In this document: piece by piece, positions 10,473 through 20,024 of the stretch
Position numbering within the stretch: position 1 is the stretch's first letter
Layout of the letters: each line of letters opens with the position of its first letter
Made by a program: the position numbers and the translations under genes
The notes under the pieces: model-generated
Databases searched by the model: none
What the model was told of the DNA's origin: nothing
The model's input: the letters and a program-made list of their open reading frames with translations, nothing else
Assembly: GCA_934351925.1 (NCBI GenBank)
Contig: CAKRJT010000002.1
Coordinates: forward strand, 45,039 to 109,038
Origin: an uncultured Lachnospiraceae bacterium
GTDB taxonomy: Bacteria > Bacillota > Clostridia > Lachnospirales > Lachnospiraceae
DNA length: 64,000 bases
Direction of reading: 5' to 3'

Positions 10473-11645
10473 ATGCTTCAGGAAGAACGCGACCTTGAAA
10501 CCATACCAGTGGGGGCACTTGGAATCATTCCCCTTAAGGGCTGTGAACAGCTCAGCCAGAAGGTAAATGACTACCTTGTTCAATGGAGAACCGAAAGAGA
10601 AAATGAGCATAAGTCTACAATAGCTTTTGCAGGATACCAGAGAGACCACTACATCTTAAGCGCAAGCGTACCACGCTTCGGCTCAGGAGAGGCTAAAGGA
10701 ATTATCAACGAATCTGTCCGCGGATATGATTTGTACCTTTTAGTCGATGTATGCAACTATAGCCTTACCTACTCTCTGTGCGGTAAGGAGAACCACATGT
10801 CACCTGATGACCATTACCAGGATTTAAAGCGTATCATCGCTGCTGTAGGCGGTAAGGCAAGAAGAATCACCGTCATCATGCCTTTCCTCTATGAGAGCAG
10901 ACAGCACAAGAGAAGCGGACGTGAGTCCTTAGACTGTGCTCTTGCACTTCAGGAGCTCACAGACATGGGTGTTGACAACATCATCACCTTCGATGCCCAC
11001 GACCCACGAGTACAGAACGCTATTCCGTTAAAGGGCTTTGAGACTGTACAGCCTGCTTACCAGTTCATCAAGTATCTCACCAGAAATGTATCTGATATAA
11101 CCTTCGACAGTGACCACATGATGATTATAAGCCCGGATGAGGGAGGAACACATAGAGCCGTATACTTTGCAAATGTGCTCGGTCTTGATGTAGGTATGTT
11201 CTACAAGAGAAGAGATTATACTAAGATTGTAAATGGCCGTAACCCTATCGTCGCACACGAATTCCTCGGAAGCTCTGTTGAAGGCAAGGATGTATTTATC
11301 ATCGACGATATGATTTCCTCAGGCGAGAGCATGCTTGATGTTGCAAAGGAATTAAAGGCACGCAAGGCAAAGAGAGTATTCCTCGCAAGCACCTTCGGTC
11401 TTTTCACCAATGGTCTTGAGAAGTTCGATGAGGCTTATGAGGCCGGTCTTATAGATAAGGTTCTCACAACGAATGTTATCTACCAGACACCTGAGCTTCT
11501 CTCCAAGCCATATTATATCAGTGTAGATATGAGCAAGTACATTGCACTCATCATCGACACGCTCAACCATGATGCTTCCATAAGCAAGCTTCTCGACCCG
11601 GTTGACAGAATCCAGAAGCTTCTCAAGGAGTACAATAAGAAGTAA
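10473..11645 (+). CDS. prs: Ribose-phosphate diphosphokinase (long form, 390 aa)
   Basis: Contains the ITFDAHDPRVQNA and PRPP-binding IIDDMISSGESM motifs. Confidence 0.82.
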   Translation: MLQEERDLETIPVGALGIIPLKGCEQLSQKVNDYLVQWRTERENEHKSTIAFAGYQRDHYILSASVPRFGSGEAKGIINESVRGYDLYLLVDVCNYSLTYSLCGKENHMSPDDHYQDLKRIIAAVGGKARRITVIMPFLYESRQHKRSGRESLDCALALQELTDMGVDNIITFDAHDPRVQNAIPLKGFETVQPAYQFIKYLTRNVSDITFDSDHMMIISPDEGGTHRAVYFANVLGLDVGMFYKRRDYTKIVNGRNPIVAHEFLGSSVEGKDVFIIDDMISSGESMLDVAKELKARKAKRVFLASTFGLFTNGLEKFDEAYEAGLIDKVLTTNVIYQTPELLSKPYYISVDMSKYIALIIDTLNHDASISKLLDPVDRIQKLLKEYNKK

Positions 11646-11668
11646 TTTAGTTAATTACAAACCCGGAC

Positions 11669-11812
11669 GGGTGTTAAAACATGCATTCAGGTATATGAGT
11701 GTATGCACCGTCTGTATATATGCATAGCGGCTCCGTTGTGACCAAAAGTTGCGCTATTCATATATACAGCCGGCACATACACGGCGTAGCTGTCCGGCAT
11801 GTTTTAACACCC
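11669..11812. terminator. About 145-nt imperfect long palindrome in the convergent prs/PBP intergenic region; probable bidirectional terminator
   Basis: The outer perfect 16-bp arms are GGGTGTTAAAACATGC (11669-11684) and GCATGTTTTAACACCC (11797-11812). The inner arms are CTGTATATATGCATAGCG and CGCTATTCATATATACAG (17/18). TGTTTTAT follows on the + strand. Confidence 0.45.
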
Positions 11813-11899
11813 TGTTTTATATATTCCAGACATTTTTGCATATGTATGTCTTTATTGATTGTATTAAAATTCAACCTTCCCATGCTATCTGCTCTCCGG

Positions 11900-14398
11900 C
11901 TACGGCAGCTTCACATCCGTATCTCCTCCCGCCGTATACCCGGCATTGGTATCGCCGCCTGAGAAGGTGCCGGTTCCCGCGCTCACATCTCCTCCGGCTG
12001 TTCCGGCGGAATCCGAATCCCCTCTGCTATTTCCCGGTGCATTGGTATCTCCTCCGACAGTTCCCGCACCCTTATCCCCTCCTGCAGAGCCGTGGGCATT
12101 GCCGTCACCTCCAAGTACCCCTGCATTCTGGTCACCGCTGACAGTACCTGAAGCATTTGTGTCACCTCCGGGATGACCGGACACATTGCCATCACCCGAT
12201 ACCATTCCTGAGGCATTTGTGTCACCTCCGGGATGACCGGACACATTGCTATCACCCGATACCGTTCCTGTGACATTTGTGTCACCTCCTGCCGATGACG
12301 CTGCATTACCGTCACCACCGTCTCCATTATAGCTCTTGTCCCCCAGTACATTCTGTATGTCCTCAATGGCGGCTGTCGATTCCTGCCGGCTGTTATCGCC
12401 ATTAACAATAATGTCATCAGGCAGCGTATCAGTTCCGGCACCGTCATCAGCGTATTCGGTGTATTCGGGAAACTCTTTTATTTCAAGTCCTTCGTGAACA
12501 GCCTGCATGAAGCTCTTCCATATTGTCATAGGATATGTGCCGCCCGTAAGGTCAGCCATCCTCCTTGGAATGTCATACCCAACCCACACCGCAGTTGTGT
12601 AGTATGCGGAATATCCCACGGTCCAGCCATCCTTGTTGTCCGTTGTAGTTCCCGTCTTTACCGCAGCTACCGCGTTATCAAGCTTAGCCCCTGTGGCAAT
12701 TCCGTGTTCCACACCATATTGCAGCATTTTGCTCACCATTCTGGCTGCATTCTTTTCATAAATCTGCGTCCCATTGCCTCCATTATCCACAATAGTCCTG
12801 CCCTTTGAGTCGGTTATCCTCATAACCGCCGTAGGTTCGTGGAAAACTCCGTCACCCGCAAGCGCCGCATAAGCGCCCGCCATCTCAAGTGCGCTCGCTC
12901 CATAGCTCCACCCGCCAAGGCATGCCGCCATATAATGCTCGTCCTCGCCAAGCTTGCCAAAATGCATCTTTTTTACAAAGGACATTCCGTACTCAGGTGT
13001 AATCTGTTCAAAAAGCTTCCATGCCGCCACGTTTGATGACCACGCGAGTGCCTCCTGCAAGGTCTCCTCACCGGGATATCTGTTCTCAAAATTCTCCGGA
13101 CCGCCCTCCATCGGTGAATCATCTATAAGCTCATCCGGGTTATGTCCAAGTCCCAGATACGGTGCATACACCACAAGCGGCTTGATGGCACTTCCCGGCT
13201 GCCTGAAGCTCTGGTACGCACGATTGAGCGTATAGCCGGGAAGCCCCTGATTTCTGCCTCCAACAATCGCCATGACATATCCTGCAACATTGTCTATACA
13301 TACCGCCGAAGCCTGAAGCTTATACACGCCTTCATCGTTAGTCTCCGTATTCCAAGCCAATGCAGCATCCAGCGAATCCATGAGAAGCTGCTGCTTGTCC
13401 ATATCTATCGCCGTGTATATCCTGTATCCTCCTGTAAAAAGAGTTCTCTGATAACGCGAATACCAGTCATCATACAGCTCCTTGTACGCTGCCTCGTCAT
13501 CCTCGTCGATAAATTCATATCTGAAATTAAAGCCCGCCGCTTTCATAAGTGAGCGCGTAGCGCAGTAGTACACATAAGTCTCAACCGAATCATACTTCTC
13601 AGCTTCGGATGGGGTCAGCACAATCTCTTCGTCTATCGCCTTCTGATATTCTTCATCGGATATGCTCCCGTAATCATGCAGCAGTCCAAGTATGTAATCC
13701 CGCCTCTCCACTCCTCTGTCCAAATGCTCAAATGGGTCATACTTGGATGGATTATTAGGTATTGTTGTCAAAAATACAAGCTGTGATATCGACAGCTCAC
13801 CCGCAGCTTTGTTAAAGTACCCCTGCGCCGCCGCCTCAATACCGTACAGACCATTGGCGAAATATATATTATTTATGTAAAATTCAAGTATCTGATCCTT
13901 GGTATAGCGCTTTTCAAGCTCCATCGAAAGAAAAATCTCTGTTATCTTCCTCTCCCATGTGACATCCTGTGAAAGATAGATATTTCTGGCTACCTGCTGG
14001 GTTATGGTACTCGCACCCTGCGCCTTGCTCTTAGTCTTAAAATTAATGCTTCCGGCTCTTATTATAGCGGCAATATCTATGCCTCCATGTCTATAGAACT
14101 TTCTATCCTCAATGAGAACGAATGCATCCTTTACGACCTTCGGTATCTTATAGGACTCAAGATAATACAGCTCCTTCACACCGCTGACTGTTGTTATCTC
14201 TTCCCCATTCACGTCATAAATAATACTTGTCTCCGTACTTCTGAAATCAGAAAGCCTGCTTGCTGCTGCGATCGCCTTCGCATTGCCTATATACTTCCCT
14301 ACTGCAGACAAATAAGGGCTGACGGCGATAAGCCCCAGCCCCACAATCGACAACAATATGATAAAGACAATCAAAAATATCTTCAAGCCCCTCTTCAT
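11900..14398 (-). CDS. Class A penicillin-binding protein (GT51 transglycosylase + transpeptidase) with a repetitive Gly/Asp/Asn-rich C-terminal tail
   Basis: It has an N-terminal TM segment, the GT51 motif EDRKFYRHGGID, SxxK (SAIKP) and KTGT. The start is either GTG at 14404 or, preferred, ATG at 14398 (MKRGLK) behind AGAGG. Confidence 0.9.
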   Translation of the reverse strand: MKRGLKIFLIVFIILLSIVGLGLIAVSPYLSAVGKYIGNAKAIAAASRLSDFRSTETSIIYDVNGEEITTVSGVKELYYLESYKIPKVVKDAFVLIEDRKFYRHGGIDIAAIIRAGSINFKTKSKAQGASTITQQVARNIYLSQDVTWERKITEIFLSMELEKRYTKDQILEFYINNIYFANGLYGIEAAAQGYFNKAAGELSISQLVFLTTIPNNPSKYDPFEHLDRGVERRDYILGLLHDYGSISDEEYQKAIDEEIVLTPSEAEKYDSVETYVYYCATRSLMKAAGFNFRYEFIDEDDEAAYKELYDDWYSRYQRTLFTGGYRIYTAIDMDKQQLLMDSLDAALAWNTETNDEGVYKLQASAVCIDNVAGYVMAIVGGRNQGLPGYTLNRAYQSFRQPGSAIKPLVVYAPYLGLGHNPDELIDDSPMEGGPENFENRYPGEETLQEALAWSSNVAAWKLFEQITPEYGMSFVKKMHFGKLGEDEHYMAACLGGWSYGASALEMAGAYAALAGDGVFHEPTAVMRITDSKGRTIVDNGGNGTQIYEKNAARMVSKMLQYGVEHGIATGAKLDNAVAAVKTGTTTDNKDGWTVGYSAYYTTAVWVGYDIPRRMADLTGGTYPMTIWKSFMQAVHEGLEIKEFPEYTEYADDGAGTDTLPDDIIVNGDNSRQESTAAIEDIQNVLGDKSYNGDGGDGNAASSAGGDTNVTGTVSGDSNVSGHPGGDTNASGMVSGDGNVSGHPGGDTNASGTVSGDQNAGVLGGDGNAHGSAGGDKGAGTVGGDTNAPGNSRGDSDSAGTAGGDVSAGTGTFSGGDTNAGYTAGGDTDVKLP
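12155..12274 (-). repeat. Two near-perfect 60-nt tandem repeats inside the PBP tail-coding region
   Basis: 12155-12214 and 12215-12274 are almost identical by direct reading of the aligned sequence lines. They encode ...SGHPGGDTNASGxVSGD... units, and degenerate units extend over about 11903-12330. Confidence 0.85.
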
Positions 14399-14567
14399 AT
14401 CCACCTCTGAATCTTCGGTATATTAGATAACTTCAAAACCCAAAATCACCAATAAGCAGTTGTGAACAATACATTATATATATCAATCAGCGTACATACT
14501 GCAAGCATTGCCTGCAGTATGCCACCAATAAGCACTCTGAAAATTTTATTTTCAAGCTGCTTATAAA

Positions 14568-15959
14568 TTATAAATCGCAGTTACCTACAGTTCTTGGGAA
14601 CGGAACAACATCACGGATATTGCCCATGCCTGTAAGGTACATTACGCAGCGCTCAAAGCCAAGGCCGAAACCGGCATGTCTTGCTGAACCGTACTTTCTA
14701 AGGTCAAGGTAGAACTGGTAGTCCTCCTTCTTAAGACCAAGCTCATCCATTCTCGCAACGAGCTTATCGTAATCGTCCTCTCTCTGGCTTCCACCTATAA
14801 TCTCACCGATACCCGGAACAAGGCAGTCCATAGCGGCAACTGTCTTTCCATCTTCATTGAGCTTCATGTAGAATGCCTTAATCTCCTTCGGATAATCCGT
14901 AACAAAAAGCGGTCTCTTATAAATCTCTTCGGTGAGGAAACGCTCATGCTCTGTCTGTAAATCGCAGCCCCATGATACCTTGTACTCGAACTTGTCATTG
15001 TGCTGCTCAAGTATCTTGACAGCCTCTGTGTATGTCACATGACCGAACTCTGAGTTAAGCACATGGTTGAGTCTCTCAAGAAGCCCCTTGTCAACGAAGC
15101 TGTTGAAGAAGTTCATCTCCTCAGGAGCGTTCTCAAGCACATATCTTATAACATACTTAATCATGTTCTCAGCAAGTATCATATCATCCTTAAGGTCTGC
15201 AAACGCCATCTCAGGCTCAATCATCCAGAACTCAGCAGCATGCCTTGTTGTGTTGGAGTTCTCTGCACGGAAGGTAGGTCCGAATGTATAAATATTCTTG
15301 AATGCCATCGCATAGGTCTCACCGTTAAGCTGACCGCTTACAGTAAGATTAGTAGGCTTTCCAAAGAAATCCTTGGAATAATCGACCTTGCCGTCCTCTG
15401 TCTTAGGAACATTGTTCAAATCCATGGTTGTTACCTGGAACATCTCGCCTGCGCCCTCGCAGTCACTTCCTGTTATGAGCGGAGTGTGAACATATACAAA
15501 GTTTCTCTCCTGAAAGAACTGATGGATGGCGTAAGCGATAAGTGAACGCACTCTGAACACCGCCTGGAAGGTGTTGGTTCTAGGTCTTAAATGCGTGATT
15601 GTTCTGAGATACTCCATCGAATGTCTCTTCTTCTGAAGCGGATAATCAGGAGTGCTCTCTCCCTCAACCTCTATGCTGTCTGCCTGAATCTCAAACGGCT
15701 GCTTGGCATCCGGTGTAGCGATGAGCGTACCTGTAACAATGATAGCAGCGCCAACATTGAGCTTGCTTATCTGTGCAAAATTCTCCATAGTGTCATGGTA
15801 TACAACCTGTAAAGGCTCAAAAAATGTTCCGTCATTCACAACTATAAATCCGAATGTCTTAGAATCACGGACACTGCGCACCCAGCCTCCGACTGTAACC
15901 TTATTCCCAAGATATTTTTCCTTGTCCCTGAATAAATCTCTGATGTTAATTAGTTCCAT
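14568..15959 (-). CDS. asnS: Asparagine--tRNA ligase
   Basis: 463 aa, with an N-terminal OB-fold ([25 protein letters not shown]) and class IIb core motifs ([33 protein letters not shown]). Confidence 0.92.
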   Translation of the reverse strand: MELINIRDLFRDKEKYLGNKVTVGGWVRSVRDSKTFGFIVVNDGTFFEPLQVVYHDTMENFAQISKLNVGAAIIVTGTLIATPDAKQPFEIQADSIEVEGESTPDYPLQKKRHSMEYLRTITHLRPRTNTFQAVFRVRSLIAYAIHQFFQERNFVYVHTPLITGSDCEGAGEMFQVTTMDLNNVPKTEDGKVDYSKDFFGKPTNLTVSGQLNGETYAMAFKNIYTFGPTFRAENSNTTRHAAEFWMIEPEMAFADLKDDMILAENMIKYVIRYVLENAPEEMNFFNSFVDKGLLERLNHVLNSEFGHVTYTEAVKILEQHNDKFEYKVSWGCDLQTEHERFLTEEIYKRPLFVTDYPKEIKAFYMKLNEDGKTVAAMDCLVPGIGEIIGGSQREDDYDKLVARMDELGLKKEDYQFYLDLRKYGSARHAGFGLGFERCVMYLTGMGNIRDVVPFPRTVGNCDL

Positions 15960-16085
15960 ATCAATAATCCTCTCTAATCTGCATGTACCGAAATATTGTG
16001 ATTACCGCCGCAGCAAATTCCTGCTGCCTGCATAATCTGTCACTCTTCATCTTACAATATTATCCGCATATGGTCAATCGTTTTG

Positions 16086-18593
16086 TCAGCCTTTTATGAC
16101 CCCACACACATATATTATATCTCCCGATGCAGCAATCATACTCTCAAGCTCCGACTTAGGCACTGTAAAGCTGCTGCCCTCCTTCATATATGCAACATTA
16201 ATTTTATCGTAAGCATATATGATAACCGGACCATCCTCCGTCACCGCGCTGAGCACATAGCCCTTATGAATAAAATAAAGCGCCTCGTCGAGACTTACTC
16301 CCGATATGTCCAGTGTTTTTTCATAGCTGCTGCTATCCTCAACATGGGTTGTCGCCGTATTTTTCTTATATCTGTCCCAGATAATGCTTCCAGACGGAGC
16401 AACCGCTACGCCTGCCTGCTCATCGGCAGCCGCTACAGCCTCGGCGGGGCTGTCCGTCATCAGCGAGAGCTTTCCCATGCTGTACACCCTATAATAATCA
16501 TTTGCCTTTACAACCTCGCTCATGTAAAGGCGGGCTTCCCCGTTAAAAGTCACACTTTTAGGATACACAACTTTTGTATCGTCCGCCGACGGCACGGAAA
16601 CAGTGAGAATGATGTACAGTTCCTTCTGCCTGACATCGGTTGCCACCTGCTTTGTAGTGAGAACCCCGTCAGGTGTCATGGTCGTACTCAGAAGCTGGTC
16701 GTCCGACGCGTCATTCAGACCTCCGTCCTCGTCCAAGGTACACCTTTTAATTATAATCTTATTGCTGTCGGTCTCCACACCGGTAACTCTCATGCCCGAT
16801 TTCTGATAGTCCTTAATCGTATCAAGGTCACCATTTACTATCTCCAGTCTGTACATAGGATATACCGGCTTTCCGTTCTCGTCCGTACCTGTTTCGCTTT
16901 CATACGCCCTTCCGAATATGAAATTTCCATCGATAAGTCCAATTGTCTTTATATACTCTCCCTTGGACGCATCTACCACGGCGGTCTCGCCCGTGTCAAG
17001 ATAAATTATATTTACCGTGCCGCAATGTTCTGCATCTTCACCCGTCTGGTAGGCAAACAACAAATACTTATCGGAAAACACACAGGATTCCTCAACGACC
17101 TGCGACGATACAACCATGTATTCCTTGGTGTCATAGTAGATGGAATAAATACTTCCGCCCTGATACATAAAAAATCTTCCGTCGCTGTTTAAATACGCCA
17201 AGGTGTCTATATCCTTCTTTATAACATCATATATATCGTTTCTGGGAATGTATAAAATCTCCTCAACTGCATTTTTCTCCGCGTCATAGCGACACACGGA
17301 GACTCCCATCTCCCCCTCATGGCTTCCACGATTCATATAGCCGTACACAACGAAGCTGACATTTCCGCCAGTGTCGACGGAAAGCACCTTAATCCCATGA
17401 TTATCATAGGACTCCCTCGCTGTGTCGTACTTCGAGTCGTCGTCCACAAAGGTAAATATCTGTACAAACTGATTTGTCTTGGAGCTGTAGCTCCACAGCT
17501 CGCCCCTTCTGACAAAGCATGTCACCTTACCGCTGCTGTCGCTTTTCATCTGCAGTGTCTCAAGCCCTGATGTAATTCCCAGATAAATTCTTCCGGAATC
17601 ATTCAAATCCTCGAGTCCGTCAAATATCTGGTCAACATACCTGTCGTAGCCGAGCACATATGTTGTGTCCGCGTCCGCGCGCCTTATCCTGAAAAACTCC
17701 TTCACGTCGTACACATCTATGCCCCTTGCCGCCGGAGTGCTGACCTGATAGTCAAGCCGTATATCAGCGGTATTCCCCTGTATCTCAACAACCTGCGGCC
17801 ATATTTTTCCGTAATATTCCGGTTCAAGCGCTCCCCAGCCAACCTGTGAGAGCTTAGAATGGATATTCACATGTCCAAGGTTCGTATTATCGCCGGATGA
17901 ATTCGGCTCAAGCTTGGGAATAATCTCCTTTATAGCCTCGGAATCGTATGTTACCCCGGAAAAATGCAGCACATACGCGAGCTTATCATCGAGATACAAG
18001 CCGTCCCCGAGAATAATCCTCGTATAGTACGATGCCGTCAGCTTCTCCGTTTTTACATTAATCTTCATCATATACTCGGTATCAGCCTCGAGCAGATTTT
18101 TGATATTAAGCACAGCCTCAACGCGCCCGCCCATGCTGCCAGTGATGCCCGCCTCGTCTGAATCTCCGCTCTCGCCGGCGGAAACTAACTGATAGTCCGT
18201 CACCTGTGTATTCTCTATGTACTCCGAGCCGTCAAGGCTTCTTATCTCATACGATACCCCTGTTATATTCTGCCCGTAGGTTCCGATGCCTATCTTTAGC
18301 TTTCTTCCCTCGGGAAGCGGTGTAATGCACTCGTGCAGCATGCTCTCATCGATATTCGAGACATAGCCATGCAGCAGATTAAACTCCTGCCCCTCCTCAC
18401 TTATCATATACACTGCCGGAAGCGTTGCCGTACCCATTGCCTCCTTACCTGAATGTACGTCCTCGGTAGCCCTCGTGAGCACGATCGTGACCACCGCAAC
18501 GGCGACAAAGACCAGAATGGATATGATTACCTTATATTTAAAATTCTTCAATGTGGGGTCCTTTCTATAAGCATTGAGGCAAAACATTAACAT
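16086..18593 (-). CDS. Large membrane-anchored protein of unknown function (835 aa)
   Basis: It is a long uninterrupted ORF with one N-terminal TM helix (VIISILVFVAVAVVTIVLT) and a large, presumably extracytoplasmic, beta-rich body. I recognise no family. There is no clear SD before the ATG. Confidence 0.6.
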   Translation of the reverse strand: MLMFCLNAYRKDPTLKNFKYKVIISILVFVAVAVVTIVLTRATEDVHSGKEAMGTATLPAVYMISEEGQEFNLLHGYVSNIDESMLHECITPLPEGRKLKIGIGTYGQNITGVSYEIRSLDGSEYIENTQVTDYQLVSAGESGDSDEAGITGSMGGRVEAVLNIKNLLEADTEYMMKINVKTEKLTASYYTRIILGDGLYLDDKLAYVLHFSGVTYDSEAIKEIIPKLEPNSSGDNTNLGHVNIHSKLSQVGWGALEPEYYGKIWPQVVEIQGNTADIRLDYQVSTPAARGIDVYDVKEFFRIRRADADTTYVLGYDRYVDQIFDGLEDLNDSGRIYLGITSGLETLQMKSDSSGKVTCFVRRGELWSYSSKTNQFVQIFTFVDDDSKYDTARESYDNHGIKVLSVDTGGNVSFVVYGYMNRGSHEGEMGVSVCRYDAEKNAVEEILYIPRNDIYDVIKKDIDTLAYLNSDGRFFMYQGGSIYSIYYDTKEYMVVSSQVVEESCVFSDKYLLFAYQTGEDAEHCGTVNIIYLDTGETAVVDASKGEYIKTIGLIDGNFIFGRAYESETGTDENGKPVYPMYRLEIVNGDLDTIKDYQKSGMRVTGVETDSNKIIIKRCTLDEDGGLNDASDDQLLSTTMTPDGVLTTKQVATDVRQKELYIILTVSVPSADDTKVVYPKSVTFNGEARLYMSEVVKANDYYRVYSMGKLSLMTDSPAEAVAAADEQAGVAVAPSGSIIWDRYKKNTATTHVEDSSSYEKTLDISGVSLDEALYFIHKGYVLSAVTEDGPVIIYAYDKINVAYMKEGSSFTVPKSELESMIAASGDIIYVCGVIKG

Positions 18594-18874
18594 ATAATGT
18601 GTGAATGTATAACGTGTTATACATATTCAGTTCTATAGCATGTTTTGACCTTCCAATTCGCTTTACTTATAAATAATATAACTTCAAATTTATTGCGTAA
18701 TTGAATATTATGATGTTTAGAATGAAGGTTGTTTTATTATGCAAACACAGCCACCTTATCGCCCTAAACACAATACCCGCTTACTCCATGTGCATACCGT
18801 ATAATCTTATCACAAACATCTTAAAAATAGTATTAATATTTTGTTAATTCATATTTCTTACGATAATGTCTTAC

Positions 18875-18967
18875 GGGCAAATAGGCTCAAAACACTTTGC
18901 TATGTATAATGGGGTATGATTTATGCATACCCCATTATACATTCAAGCCCACCCAGCCTATTTGCCC
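18875..18967. repeat. Nested palindromic (REP/MITE-like) element, complete copy
   Basis: The outer 13-bp arms are GGGCAAATAGGCT (18875-18887) and AGCCTATTTGCCC (18955-18967). The inner perfect 16-bp arms are TGTATAATGGGGTATG (18903-18918) and CATACCCCATTATACA (18926-18941). The left half recurs at 57821-57868. Confidence 0.6.
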
Positions 18968-19001
18968 CTCAACATCTTCAAATTTTAACATTGGCATTTC
19001 C

Positions 19002-19814
19002 TCAGTAATCGAGGCTGTTCACCGGCGACGCGAGATACACCTTGGTCGCGTCCTGCTCCTCGTCGTATCCAATCGCGATATTCATGTTTATTTTGCTGCC
19101 GCCGATGGTGATGTAGGAACCCGCGCCCTTGGCGTAGGCGTAGATTGTGAACATTTCGTTATCCCTGTTTTCTGCCACCACCTCAGCGTCGAGCTTTTTC
19201 AGCAGGCTGTCTGCAAGCTCGTTTTTCTCGTCGCTGTTTAATGCGCCCTCGAGAGTCCCCACAAGATTCATGTTCACGTTTCCCTGTATTCCCATCGCGT
19301 CAAACATTCCCTCAACAAGCTGTCTGTATGAGTTGGCGCAGTCGATATTGTTGTTTACCTTTATGCTCACATACACATACTGCTCCGCATTGATTGCCGA
19401 GGTGCCTGTTCCGGCTTCGTCCTGACGCTCCTGCGTGATTGATTTTATGGTGACACTTCCGTTCACGCTGTCCTTGGTCAGGATAACTGTGTTTATGTCC
19501 ACCGCGTCGCTGCCCACTTCACCGTCCCACACACCGCGTCTCTCCTGCTCCGTTGTTATCGTGCACGGCGAGGTTATTCCAAGCGCTGCCGCCACATTTT
19601 TCACAAGACGTTCCTTTTCCTCATCGCTCAGGTAACACACACCGAATTTTCCGTAGCCCTCCACGCAGGTGTCGAGCCCGCACCACTCCCGCCCCGGGAT
19701 ACTGTCAGTAAACGCCGAGCTCATTGATACCATCTGCGTCTTTCCCACATTTGCCATGTATATTCCTGTCATCGCACCCCACAGTACAACAATTACATAT
19801 AATGCTCTTTTCAT
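19002..19814 (-). CDS. YwmB-family (DUF1779) protein with signal/anchor sequence
   Basis: The start MKRALYVIVVLW at 19814 lies behind AAGGAG. The C-terminal block ...MFTIYAYAKG...KINMNIAIGYDE...KVYLASPVNSLDY resembles the B. subtilis YwmB C-terminus. Confidence 0.5.
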   Translation of the reverse strand: MKRALYVIVVLWGAMTGIYMANVGKTQMVSMSSAFTDSIPGREWCGLDTCVEGYGKFGVCYLSDEEKERLVKNVAAALGITSPCTITTEQERRGVWDGEVGSDAVDINTVILTKDSVNGSVTIKSITQERQDEAGTGTSAINAEQYVYVSIKVNNNIDCANSYRQLVEGMFDAMGIQGNVNMNLVGTLEGALNSDEKNELADSLLKKLDAEVVAENRDNEMFTIYAYAKGAGSYITIGGSKINMNIAIGYDEEQDATKVYLASPVNSLDY

Positions 19815-19942
19815 CTGACACCACTCCTTATATAATAATACACCTTTCAAAACAATTTGACACTCGCCGTCAAAAATCATGTTCGGGGCTTCCCGCCCGA
19901 TAAATAACATATAAATTATGATGCCTAATTTGGTTTTTTATT

Positions 19943-19989
19943 CAAAAAAAACGGAGAACCGCGCTCTCAATCCCGCGCAATTCTCCGTT
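19943..19989 (-). terminator. Rho-independent terminator downstream of the lipoprotein gene
   Basis: On the minus strand, the stem ACGGAGAA...TTCTCCGT is followed by a T8 run. Confidence 0.7.
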
Positions 19990-20024
19990 CAATCTAATAT
20001 ATCAGAGTCCTTAGAACATTCTCT

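Noticed and set aside
12155-12274. Regularly spaced 60-nt repeats as a possible CRISPR array.
   Set aside because: The repeats are directly tandem with no spacers and lie in frame inside the PBP gene, where they encode peptide repeats.
15960-16085. A T-box leader upstream of asnS.
   Set aside because: Only about 126 nt of intergenic sequence is available. I could find no specifier-loop/T-box (AGGGUGGUACCGCG-like) sequence or terminator/antiterminator pair.
16083-17192. A 369-aa ORF on the + strand. Similar long antisense ORFs occur at 58319-59140, 48306-48926, 45749-46384, 38787-39467, 7440-7940 and 5520-6008.
   Set aside because: Each lies fully inside a much longer ORF on the opposite strand that has clear family motifs. 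Their translations are low-complexity or Arg/Ser/Leu/Cys-rich with no recognisable motifs, so they are shadow ORFs.
18903-18941. The inner 16-bp hairpin as a simple terminator of the ywmB-like gene.
   Set aside because: It is plausible but not favoured. No U-tract directly follows the stem on the minus strand, the hairpin is nested in a second 13-bp palindrome, and part of the element recurs at 57.8 kb. It is reported as a repeat element instead.
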